DNA of 64,000 nucleotides, taken from the NCBI GenBank assembly GCA_047975005.1, contig JBKECW010000040.1:12496-76495 (forward strand), read 5' to 3'. The notes under the pieces were generated by a model. It searched no databases and was not told the DNA's origin. It was given only the letters and a program-made list of their open reading frames with translations. This DNA is from Bacteroidales bacterium (lineage in GTDB: Bacteria > Bacteroidota > Bacteroidia > Bacteroidales > Prolixibacteraceae). The position numbers were made by a program, and so were the translations under genes. Positions 47,639 through 56,588 of this stretch are shown piece after piece. How positions within the stretch are numbered: position 1 is the first letter of the stretch; each line of letters starts with the position of its first letter.

Positions 47639-48229
47639 ATGTTTAAAGATTTTAGTTTTCGCGAGGTATTGGCAGCATTTATGATATTGTTTGCCGTTAT
47701 AGACATTTTGGGTTCTGTGCCTATTGTTGTAGGGATAAAGCGTAGAGTAGGTAAGATTCAGGCATTTAGAGTGAGTGCTATTTCTTTTGCCTTGCTGTTA
47801 TTGTTTCTATTTGTTGGCGAGGCATTTTTGAAATTCTATGGTATTGATGTATCGTCGTTTGCTATTGCGGGAGCCTTGATCTTATTTGTTTTGGCACTAG
47901 AGATGATAATGGGCTGGGAGCTTTTTAAGTATGAGCTTCCCTCGGCGGCAGGGCTCGTTCCCTTGGCATTTCCTTTGATAGCAGGAGCAGCATCGTTCAC
48001 TACTTTGTTGGCAATGCGTGCCGAGTATCATATGGTCAACATTGTTGTTGCTTTATTTCTTAATATGGTAGTAGTATTTATTGTGTTGAGGTCAACATCT
48101 AAAATTGAACGTGTAGTTGGTGAGGCAGGTTTGTTTGTTTTAAAGAAATTTTTTGGAGTAATAGTTTTGGCAATATCTGTAAAGTTATTTCTTAATAATT
48201 TGTTTGTCGCTCTGGCAAATCATCAATAA
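47639..48229 (+). CDS. marC: MarC-family (UPF0056) integral membrane protein
   Basis: 196 aa with 6 TM helices. The N-terminal FMILFAVIDILGSVPIVV matches the MarC family signature. Confidence 0.8.
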   Translation: MFKDFSFREVLAAFMILFAVIDILGSVPIVVGIKRRVGKIQAFRVSAISFALLLLFLFVGEAFLKFYGIDVSSFAIAGALILFVLALEMIMGWELFKYELPSAAGLVPLAFPLIAGAASFTTLLAMRAEYHMVNIVVALFLNMVVVFIVLRSTSKIERVVGEAGLFVLKKFFGVIVLAISVKLFLNNLFVALANHQ

Positions 48230-48530
48230 TTATCTAATTGATTGGTAATGTGAGCTTTATTATCTAGGCGCAGAGTCGTTTTTATAAAAGGGCTAGTGTT
48301 TTCTTTAGTCTGAAAGTAAATTTTTTATTAAGTTTGCGAGTGTTTGTTGGGACTTGAACTAAGCGCAGTGTTTTGTTATATATGTGTGCTAGTTTATTGT
48401 TCTGCTTGCAATTATATAGATGTTTGGGGTATAGTCCTCAGACATTAGCATATTGTTGTGTTTATGAACCTAAAAGAGGTATTGTTTTGTCACTTAGATA
48501 TATAATGCCGATATTTTAAAAGACTTAAAG

Positions 48531-49019
48531 ATGAAAATAAGAGTGTTGTTTGTTTGCCTTGGCAACATTTGCCGTTCGCCGGCAGCAGAGGGTTTGATGA
48601 GGCACTTTGTAAAAGGTGCAAATCTCGAGGATATTATATTTTGCGACTCCGCAGGAACTGCAGCATATCATAGTGGCGAGCGTGCTGATATTAGAATGCG
48701 TAGACAAGCATCAGATAGAGGTTATAATCTGAATAGTATATCTAGAAAGATAAAAAGCCCCGATGATTTCTATAAATTTGACTATATTATCGGCATGGAC
48801 AACGAGAATATCTCCGATATAGAGAATGTCTGTCCAGACATAAATAGCATGAGTAAAATATATAAAATGGTTGACTTTTGTGAAGAGGGCAAATATACAA
48901 AAGTCCCTGATCCATATTACGGAGGTGTAGAGGGTTTCGAGTTTGTTATAGATGTTCTCGAAGATGCTTGCAAGGGACTGCTCAAGCATCTTCGAGAGAA
49001 GTACAAATTGGAGCCGTAA
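48531..49019 (+). CDS. Low-molecular-weight protein-tyrosine phosphatase
   Basis: CX5R(S/T) P-loop VCLGNICRSP at the N-terminus and a DPYYG general-acid loop. Confidence 0.92.
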   Translation: MKIRVLFVCLGNICRSPAAEGLMRHFVKGANLEDIIFCDSAGTAAYHSGERADIRMRRQASDRGYNLNSISRKIKSPDDFYKFDYIIGMDNENISDIENVCPDINSMSKIYKMVDFCEEGKYTKVPDPYYGGVEGFEFVIDVLEDACKGLLKHLREKYKLEP

Positions 49020-49028
49020 TTTGTGTGT

Positions 49029-49601
49029 TTACAGCAAAGTCTTTAGTTTTTGGTACAAAAGAAGAGAAATCCAAGCATCTGTGGCAGCATAGTTTGTTTG
49101 TCCTTCTGTGTACTTATCGCTATTCCAGTCTGTGAGCCTTTGTGCCTTTGAAACTCTTAGCCCGAGCTGGTTTGCCGCTAGCTTTCGTAAGCTGAGATAC
49201 TCTAATCCGGCTTCTTGTGCCATGTGTTGTATGTCCTTAAATCCGCGAGGTTCGAAAGAGTTAATCTTCTTTAGTCCTTTGATGTCATCTCTTACTGCTG
49301 CTCCCGATTTTAGGATATTGGGATTTGCCAATATTGCTTTCAATTCATCGGGTAGACCTAACTGTCGTAGTTTAAAAAGGAATACCTTGTCTTTTGTACC
49401 TAGCTGTAATAGCGCCATCTGATTTTTTATCCCTTTTTGGAACGATGGTTTCGATTCGGTATCAAAGCCGAGAATTGTCTGTTGATTTAGGTATTCGATT
49501 GATTGAATGTAATGTTCGTCCTCCTCTGTAATTGTATAAATGTCTCCTTCAAAGCGAGCTGCAGGAAGTTTCTGTATATCCTCTTTTGTTAATTCGTCCA
49601 T
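49029..49601 (-). CDS. 3'-5' exonuclease domain protein (DEDDy, RNase D/WRN-exo-like)
   Basis: ExoI LGFDTES, ExoII-like residues, and ExoIII YAATDAW. Confidence 0.8.
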   Translation of the reverse strand: MDELTKEDIQKLPAARFEGDIYTITEEDEHYIQSIEYLNQQTILGFDTESKPSFQKGIKNQMALLQLGTKDKVFLFKLRQLGLPDELKAILANPNILKSGAAVRDDIKGLKKINSFEPRGFKDIQHMAQEAGLEYLSLRKLAANQLGLRVSKAQRLTDWNSDKYTEGQTNYAATDAWISLLLYQKLKTLL

Positions 49602-49604
49602 AAT

Positions 49605-50207
49605 TTACTTTCTAAACTGTTGCATAAAATCATCCCATTCTTCACTTTCGTTGGCTGTATTGTCTAAAATATCAAATACTGAACCGTCATGGCTCGTTAG
49701 GCTGTATGTTATTTGATGGATTGGACGTAATACGCTGACCAACTTTCTCCCCCAGTAATTTTTAAATGCATCAACGCAGCGATTTATAGATAACTCCATT
49801 ACTAAATCGTTGCCTTCTCGATATTCATGAACAAAGTCTTTTATGTCCTGATAAATATCCAAAAGATGTTCTGAAACACTTGCAAAATACGGTTCAACAC
49901 CGTCTTGGTATTCAAGGTCGATGTCAGTAAACCGATCGTGCTCACCGAGTACTCGCTCCAGACTTGCTTGTAGATTGTGGTATTCAGACTCGGTGAGGTA
50001 ATGCCCTATATTCTCGTCTTCTGCATTACTTCTTTTCAACAAGCTACCCTTTATGTATAGCAAGGGAAGCAGGCGTTGCACTCGTTCTATAAGTAAGCTG
50101 TTGTCGACTGTCTCTGCTGATTCTATGCACTTGCAGTATTCGGCTGCAACAGTAACAAACTCAAGGATGTCGGTGCTGTATATAAAATCTTCTATATTAT
50201 TGCTCAT
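49605..50207 (-). CDS. Acidic cytoplasmic protein, probably DUF5063 family
   Basis: 200 aa, with a 3-nt gap to the downstream exonuclease gene. I recall this pairing as conserved in Bacteroidales. No motif-level proof. Confidence 0.45.
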   Translation of the reverse strand: MSNNIEDFIYSTDILEFVTVAAEYCKCIESAETVDNSLLIERVQRLLPLLYIKGSLLKRSNAEDENIGHYLTESEYHNLQASLERVLGEHDRFTDIDLEYQDGVEPYFASVSEHLLDIYQDIKDFVHEYREGNDLVMELSINRCVDAFKNYWGRKLVSVLRPIHQITYSLTSHDGSVFDILDNTANESEEWDDFMQQFRK

Positions 50208-50231
50208 ATTTTATTTAAAACCGATGTCTTG

Positions 50232-51647
50232 TTATTTGCTTTCTGCGTCTGCAAAGAACTTGGCACGGTGTTGTTCAACATAGTTCATCATTGTTTTGAT
50301 AACTTCTGGATGCTGCTCTGCAACATTGGTAGTTTCGTAAGGATCATTTTCCATGTCGAATAACGACAGGTCTATGTGTGCTTGCTTATATTTACCAGGC
50401 ATTCCGTCTTTGCCTTTTATCTCAGTCATGGTGCGGTAGTCGTGGGGTAGATGCAACTTCCATTTGCCGTCGCCACTCAATACCGCTTCAAAATATTGAT
50501 TGTTGGTGAAAGCATAGTATTCGTGTGGATTCTTTGCTCCTGCTTCATCTGCTATCAGTGGCCATACATTTTTGCCGTCAATCTCTGTCTTGGGAAGAGG
50601 AATATCTGCAACGTTGCAAAGTGTTGGTAGTAAGTCGATTGTCATAAGTGCGCTTGACGATTCTCGTCCGCCTTTTAGTTTTGCCGGATATTTTATAATG
50701 GTGGCAGAACGTGTGCCTCCATCGAAAGTGGTGCCTTTGGCTTCACGGAACGGCGTTGTGCCGGCATGGTTGCCGTAGGCTGTCCAAGGACCATTGTCAG
50801 AAGAGAAAATAACAATGGTGTTTTCATCAAGACCATTGTCTTTCAGAGTTTTTTCTATTTCACCAACCGACCAGTCAAGCTCTAGCAATACGTCGCCGTA
50901 TAAGCCCAAACCTGACTTGCCCTCAAACTCCGAGCTGCAAAAGATTGGAACATGGGGCATGGAGTGGGGAACATACAAAAAGAAAGGCTCGTCTTTATGT
51001 CTTTTAATGAAGTCTACGGCGTGTTCGGTGTACCACTTAGTAAGCATTTTTTGATCGTCGTAGTCTACATCCTCAATCGTAACTTTGCCGTTTTCCCAAA
51101 ATTGCAAAGGGTATTTTCCCCAATATTCGGGGCTTTCGGGATGATGTTTCCACATATCATTGGAGTACATAAGTCCGCAACTCTCGCTAAAACCTCGTTT
51201 TGGAGGACGTGTGTCTTCTTGGTCGCCACAATGCCATTTTCCAAAGATTGCAGTTTTATATCCTGCCGCCTGAAACACTTCGCCCATAGTCGGAAATTTT
51301 GGGTCGAGACCTCGCTCCTTCGGTCCATGCGCTCCAAATACTTTTGTGCGCCCAGGATAGCAGCCCGACATCAGTGCAGAACGCGACGATGAGCATACCG
51401 CTTGCGGTACGTAGAAATCTCTGAACATAACTCCCTCTTTGGCTAATGCTGTAACATTGGGAGTTTGTAATTGTTCTGAGCCAAAGGGGGCAAAATCCGA
51501 ATATCCCGAATCATCCAGAAATATTATTACAACATTGGGTTTCTTTGGGTCTTCGGTTTTTGTTTGTTCTTTCTTCGGCTTTGAGCTACATCCGGCTAGT
51601 AGCACTAAAGTCAAAGTTGTGAGTAAGGTGTTTTTGATTAATCTCAT
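50232..51647 (-). CDS. Sulfatase-family lipoprotein (arylsulfatase-like) with an atypical CSSSR maturation motif
   Basis: Lipobox LLAGCSS, metal-binding FLDDSGYSD, the formylglycine-motif position CSSSRSALMSG, and downstream GKWH and SDNG motifs. Confidence 0.88.
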   Translation of the reverse strand: MRLIKNTLLTTLTLVLLAGCSSKPKKEQTKTEDPKKPNVVIIFLDDSGYSDFAPFGSEQLQTPNVTALAKEGVMFRDFYVPQAVCSSSRSALMSGCYPGRTKVFGAHGPKERGLDPKFPTMGEVFQAAGYKTAIFGKWHCGDQEDTRPPKRGFSESCGLMYSNDMWKHHPESPEYWGKYPLQFWENGKVTIEDVDYDDQKMLTKWYTEHAVDFIKRHKDEPFFLYVPHSMPHVPIFCSSEFEGKSGLGLYGDVLLELDWSVGEIEKTLKDNGLDENTIVIFSSDNGPWTAYGNHAGTTPFREAKGTTFDGGTRSATIIKYPAKLKGGRESSSALMTIDLLPTLCNVADIPLPKTEIDGKNVWPLIADEAGAKNPHEYYAFTNNQYFEAVLSGDGKWKLHLPHDYRTMTEIKGKDGMPGKYKQAHIDLSLFDMENDPYETTNVAEQHPEVIKTMMNYVEQHRAKFFADAESK

Positions 51648-51773
51648 CGGTTTGTTTTTTATACAATAGGTGGCTTCTATTTTTTTTTACCCCCAAATGT
51701 ACAGATTTATGTTGATAATAACAAAATTACTATCTTTACCGTTTTAAATGTTTCAAAAATATATTGTGAAATT

Positions 51774-54230
51774 ATGAAATTGGGTAGATTTATTACAGTT
51801 CTGTTAATAAGCGCATTGATTGGTGCTACTTTTAGTTGTTCGGAAGGGAGCAAACAAGTTTACCAAACCAAAAACCTGGAAATGGCTTTCGATGCAAAGG
51901 GGAAACTTGTGGAGTTAAAAGATAAAATCAATAATAGCAACCTGCTGTTGACAGACATTGAGTCTTACCTGCTTTCGCTGAAAATAGACTCTGCAATATA
52001 TAGCCCCGAAAAGGCAGAATATTCGGAGGACGGACAAAAAATTAAGCTATACTTCAAAAACAATGTGCAGGTTGATGTTCAAACTCTGACGAACGATACG
52101 CATTTGAATTTTGAAATTACTTCGGTGTCAAATGAGGATGGTATTGATGCCGTTATTTGGGGACCATACAATAACACTCTAGATAAAAGCATAGGCGAGG
52201 TAGTAGGCATCGCTCAGGGCGAAACTTTTACTTTCGGCTTGATGGCTTTAAATATTAAAACTCTTGGTGGTTACCCCTGGAATGATGATGATCATCTGCC
52301 GCAAATGGATATTTTTAGTCAGTCGGATGTGGATAATATGGTAAAAGAAAAAGATACTCCAAACGTTCTTTATTCAGTAGAGGCTGCAAAACCAGTACAC
52401 GGAGGAAGCTCCCTGCAAGCCTTTACTCGCAATCGGAGTAAGGATAGAGTAATAAAAAATTGGCATCATGATAAATATCTTGCTCCTGCATATCAGGATG
52501 GCGGGCTAGTGGGTTCTAAAGTAGCCCTTTACGGTTGTCTTAACGATAATGCCCTAAACACCATAGGAGAAATAGAACTTGCAGAAGGTCTTCCGCATCC
52601 TACTATCAACGGACAGTGGGTGAAAACATCGCCAATTATCAACTCTTCATATTTGATTATGGATTTTACGGAGGAGAATATTGACGAGTGTCTGCGTTAC
52701 ACAAAACTGTCAGGACTGAATTACCTTTATCATGGGCATCCCTTTAAGACTTGGGGGCATTTCCCTCTTATTAAAGAGCTGTTTCCTAATGGATATGACG
52801 GAATGAAGGCTTGTGTGGAGAAAGCCGAAAAGGAAGGGGTACATATTGGTACTCATACTCTTAGTAATTTTATTCATACCAACGATGCTTATGTTACTCC
52901 CGTTCCCGACAAACGACTAGCAAAGGTTGGATATTCAAAACTGACGAAAGCGATTGGAGCTAGCGATAAAGAAATTGAAATTGAATCGCCAGATTTTTTT
53001 GTTCTGTCAGGAAGAAATAATCTGCATAGTGCTGTAATAGGAGATGAGATTGTAAGATACGGAACCATCAGTGAAACAGCTCCTTGGAAATTATTGGATT
53101 GTCAGCGTGGAGCTTATGGAACAACGGCAAGTGCACACAATCAGAATGATACTATCGGAAAGCTGACAGACCACGGCTATAAAGTGTTTCTTGGCGATGC
53201 TGACCTAGATAAAGAAATTGCCGAGAAGATTGCCGACTTTATGAACTACACAGGAGTTCGTATGCTCGATTTCGACGGACTTGAAGGAGCATCGTCGACT
53301 GCTATGGGAAATTACGGCGAAGCATTGATGGTTGAGCAATGGTACAATCGTTTGGACGATAACTTGAAGAGTCATTTCCTTATGGGAGCAAGTCGCCCGG
53401 GGCATTATATCTGGCACATATACTCCCGTATGAACTGGGGCGAGCCTTGGTATGCAGGCTTCCGCGAGAGTCAAACAGAATATCGATTGTTTAATCAGAA
53501 GTTCTATAAGCGCAACTTGATGCCCGGTATGCTGGGATGGTTTAACCTTACTCCAAACCTGCCCATCGAGGATGTTGAATGGCTTATGGCACGCTCTGCC
53601 GGATACGATGCTGGTTTTGCCTTTGTCGCAGGATTGAGAAGCCTGAAAGCAAATGGGAACTCAGAGCAAATATTACAAATATTAAACACTTGGGAAACCG
53701 CCAGATTGGCAGGGAAGTTTACAGAAAAACAAAAAGAATTGATGAGAGATATCTCAACAGAGTTTAGGTTGACAGAAAATGATGATAAGTCGCTGACTCT
53801 TACACGTATATATGCGCATAAATTTAAGCACGAAAACAAAGTGCGCCAGCCCGGAGAACCATTATATTCTACATTTACATTTGAAAATAACAATGATAAG
53901 CAATCCTTGGGCATGATAATTACAGCTCATAACGCAGATATATCAGGGATAAAAATTGAAATCAATAATTACAAAAATATTAATTTCCCTATTACATTGA
54001 AAAAGGGGCAACACATAAGAATATCTGAAAGTAAACAAGCTGTAGTGTACGATCAAAGTTGGAATCGCCTACAAACTATTGATATTCCCGAGTCAGCAAA
54101 TATAATTAATAAAGGAGCACAGTCCATAACATTCGATTGTAGTTTTAGCAATGCCGCCGATGGTGCTAGTGCAAACGTGGAGTTTGTTGTTATGGGCGAA
54201 AAAGAGAAAGTGGGTGTAACAATGGAGTGA
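51774..54230 (+). CDS. Large lipoprotein of unknown function (possible carbohydrate-active enzyme)
   Basis: Lipobox GATFSCSEG. 818 aa. The central region has alternating beta/alpha character and acidic motifs (MLDFDGLEG, NWGEPW). Transcribed divergently from the sulfatase. The functional suggestion is weak. Confidence 0.6.
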   Translation: MKLGRFITVLLISALIGATFSCSEGSKQVYQTKNLEMAFDAKGKLVELKDKINNSNLLLTDIESYLLSLKIDSAIYSPEKAEYSEDGQKIKLYFKNNVQVDVQTLTNDTHLNFEITSVSNEDGIDAVIWGPYNNTLDKSIGEVVGIAQGETFTFGLMALNIKTLGGYPWNDDDHLPQMDIFSQSDVDNMVKEKDTPNVLYSVEAAKPVHGGSSLQAFTRNRSKDRVIKNWHHDKYLAPAYQDGGLVGSKVALYGCLNDNALNTIGEIELAEGLPHPTINGQWVKTSPIINSSYLIMDFTEENIDECLRYTKLSGLNYLYHGHPFKTWGHFPLIKELFPNGYDGMKACVEKAEKEGVHIGTHTLSNFIHTNDAYVTPVPDKRLAKVGYSKLTKAIGASDKEIEIESPDFFVLSGRNNLHSAVIGDEIVRYGTISETAPWKLLDCQRGAYGTTASAHNQNDTIGKLTDHGYKVFLGDADLDKEIAEKIADFMNYTGVRMLDFDGLEGASSTAMGNYGEALMVEQWYNRLDDNLKSHFLMGASRPGHYIWHIYSRMNWGEPWYAGFRESQTEYRLFNQKFYKRNLMPGMLGWFNLTPNLPIEDVEWLMARSAGYDAGFAFVAGLRSLKANGNSEQILQILNTWETARLAGKFTEKQKELMRDISTEFRLTENDDKSLTLTRIYAHKFKHENKVRQPGEPLYSTFTFENNNDKQSLGMIITAHNADISGIKIEINNYKNINFPITLKKGQHIRISESKQAVVYDQSWNRLQTIDIPESANIINKGAQSITFDCSFSNAADGASANVEFVVMGEKEKVGVTME

Positions 54231-54257
54231 ATATGAGAGCTAAATATTGTCTCATAT
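54231..54257 (+). terminator. Hairpin directly after the 818-aa ORF
   Basis: 8-bp stem atatgaga / tctcatat followed by T-rich sequence. Confidence 0.45.
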
Positions 54258-54306
54258 TATTCATTTTATTGTAGCTTATGTTCAAGGGAAACCTTCGTAT
54301 AGTGTT

Positions 54307-54331
54307 AAGTGCCTGCTTTATGCAGGCACTT
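54307..54331 (+). terminator. Second, stronger hairpin downstream of the 818-aa ORF
   Basis: 10-bp stem aagtgcctgc / gcaggcactt with a 5-nt loop. Confidence 0.5.
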
Positions 54332-54611
54332 TCTGTATAGTGTCGTGTGATAGATAGTCCGTTATGAGTCTAAAATAAAATGCGATTTGTACTTTTTTTT
54401 GTACAAGGTGTAACGAGACTAATCAAGAATGTATAAACAGATAGAGTGTTTCGGATTGAATAAATCCCTCGTTGCAAGTAGTCGTTTTGGTTGTGCTAAG
54501 GTCTGAGGATAATATGTTTTCGAAAAAAAAAGGCATGTTTTTTGTTTCGTGAACATTTGACTTTTGAACAGAAGCGGGTTTATGTATGAAGAATACTGTA
54601 AAATATAAATA

Positions 54612-55493
54612 ATGCCTATTGTTTGGCAGTTATCGGTTCTTGGGCTGACAAATTGGCGAACACTCGTGACAGGAGTGGTGCTGAAACGTGTGCCATACCT
54701 TTATGATAAGAAAGTAAATTGGCAGAAGAATTTCTCAAATGTATGCCGTTCTTACTTCACAAGAGCCTATGCTAATCGAGAGCTTGTCGTTCTTGTGGGA
54801 GAAAACCAAATAAGAGTTCGTACAGATAGTAGAGGCGGTTTTAGACTTGTATTGGATGAGCCGTATAGTGCAGAAATAAACATTGCTCTCTCCAATAACA
54901 ATGTACCATTGCAAGTGATTCATAATTGTTCTATGAGCTTTCCCATGTCGGATAGTTCTGTTGGATTAATATCAGATATTGATGATACCGTTATAGTATC
55001 GCATACCGCAACTCTTCTTAAGCGTCTTTGGTCTGTGATATTTACAACTCCACATCAAAGGGGTGTTGTAGAATTTACAAAGAAGGTCTTTGAGGAGGCG
55101 CAAGAACGAGGCGCCTATTTTTTTTATATTTCAAGAAGTGAAGCCAACCTATTAGGAGCTATATTGGAAATAATAAGGTGCAATGCATTGCCTGATGGTA
55201 TGATGTTGCTTACTCCTTATTTGAGTTTCCTTAGGCTTTTTAATCCCCAAAAGGGGATAAGCTCCAAACTGAGCAACATAATATTTATAATTGAAAATAC
55301 GGATATTGACAGTTTCGTATTGTTTGGGGATGATAGTCAGAGAGATGTACTAATATATACAGATGTAGTGCGTATGTATCCAGATAAGATACGAGAAGTA
55401 TATATCAGAAAGACAAGATCATTCATCTCTGCTAGGCGCAAGCGAATGATGAGCGATTTGATGTCTTTGGGAGTGCCAGTAATATACTTTTAG
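54612..55493 (+). CDS. App1-like (DUF2183) phosphatidate-phosphatase-family protein
   Basis: DxDxT catalytic motif ISDIDDTV and a downstream GDDSQRD motif, characteristic of the APP1 catalytic domain. Confidence 0.7.
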   Translation: MPIVWQLSVLGLTNWRTLVTGVVLKRVPYLYDKKVNWQKNFSNVCRSYFTRAYANRELVVLVGENQIRVRTDSRGGFRLVLDEPYSAEINIALSNNNVPLQVIHNCSMSFPMSDSSVGLISDIDDTVIVSHTATLLKRLWSVIFTTPHQRGVVEFTKKVFEEAQERGAYFFYISRSEANLLGAILEIIRCNALPDGMMLLTPYLSFLRLFNPQKGISSKLSNIIFIIENTDIDSFVLFGDDSQRDVLIYTDVVRMYPDKIREVYIRKTRSFISARRKRMMSDLMSLGVPVIYF

Positions 55494-55577
55494 AACGAAT
55501 GACGATGAGTCAGAAATAGAATATGCATATTATTTTGGAATAGAATTTATAAATCAGAATGAGATAAATACATAGAG

Positions 55578-56510
55578 ATGAACAATAATCCTATAAGACT
55601 TTTATTTGTGGTAAATCCTATATCAGGAGGCATCGACAAAGAGCCATTTCTTAATAAAGCAGGAACACTTTGTTATAAGTATGGCATAGATTACCTAGTG
55701 TTTAGAACCTCGGGGAGTAATGATCAATCTGCTTTGTGTAAAGTGCTTGAGGAGTACAAACCTGATAAAGTTGCTTCGATTGGAGGGGATGGTACGGCAT
55801 TGTTCACAGCCTTGGCGCTACTTGATTTTAATATCCCGATGGGGATTATTCCTATGGGTTCTGCCAATGGAATGGCTGCAGAGCTTAGCGTAAATATGAA
55901 TCCTATGAGTGCGCTGAAGGACATTGTCATGTCTGGGGTTATAGGATGTTTAGACCTCTTGGTCGTAAACGATAAATATTATTCAATACATATAGGAGAT
56001 GTGGGCGTCAACGCTCAGATTGTTCATGCGTACGACAAGGATGACAACCGAGGGTTGATAACATACGCAAAATATTTAATAGAAGAACTTTCAAAGATGG
56101 AGCCATTTGATATTCGCGTGGAGGCAAACGGGGAGACAATAAACGAGACGGGAGTTATGGTGGCAATCTGTAACTCTCGGAAATATGGAACTGGAGTGCC
56201 TTTGAATGTCTGCGGAAACCCGATGGATGGGAAATTCGAACTTGTGATAGTGAAGAAGATAGATACAACCGTTTTGATATCGGCAGGCTTGTCTCGATTT
56301 AACGAGAGTTTTAGAGATAATGTAAACGAGCAGGTGATTAGTACCAATAAAGCGAGAATAGAATTTTCAGAAGAGAGGCTTCTGCAACTTGACGGGGAAG
56401 TTATAGGTAATTTTAAAGAGCTAGATGTAAATGTGTTAGAAGGTGCAATAAAGCTAATAACAAACAATGATAATCCGTATGTCAGAGGCAAAAAACACCT
56501 TGATAGGTGA
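55578..56510 (+). CDS. Diacylglycerol/lipid kinase family protein (YegS/DagK-like)
   Basis: DAGK catalytic-domain fingerprint: VVNPISGG at the N-terminus and SIGGDGT. 310 aa. Confidence 0.85.
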   Translation: MNNNPIRLLFVVNPISGGIDKEPFLNKAGTLCYKYGIDYLVFRTSGSNDQSALCKVLEEYKPDKVASIGGDGTALFTALALLDFNIPMGIIPMGSANGMAAELSVNMNPMSALKDIVMSGVIGCLDLLVVNDKYYSIHIGDVGVNAQIVHAYDKDDNRGLITYAKYLIEELSKMEPFDIRVEANGETINETGVMVAICNSRKYGTGVPLNVCGNPMDGKFELVIVKKIDTTVLISAGLSRFNESFRDNVNEQVISTNKARIEFSEERLLQLDGEVIGNFKELDVNVLEGAIKLITNNDNPYVRGKKHLDR

Positions 56511-56538
56511 ACTGAGCGATAGTCTGTTTCAAAAAAAA

Positions 56539-56569
56539 AGAGGGGTGCTCTTTAGGAGCAGACCCCTCT
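56539..56569. terminator. Bidirectional terminator between convergent lipid kinase and OMP genes
   Basis: Stem agaggggt / acccctct flanked by A9 upstream and T7 downstream. Confidence 0.75.
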
Positions 56570-56588
56570 TTTTTTGAGATTATTAAGA

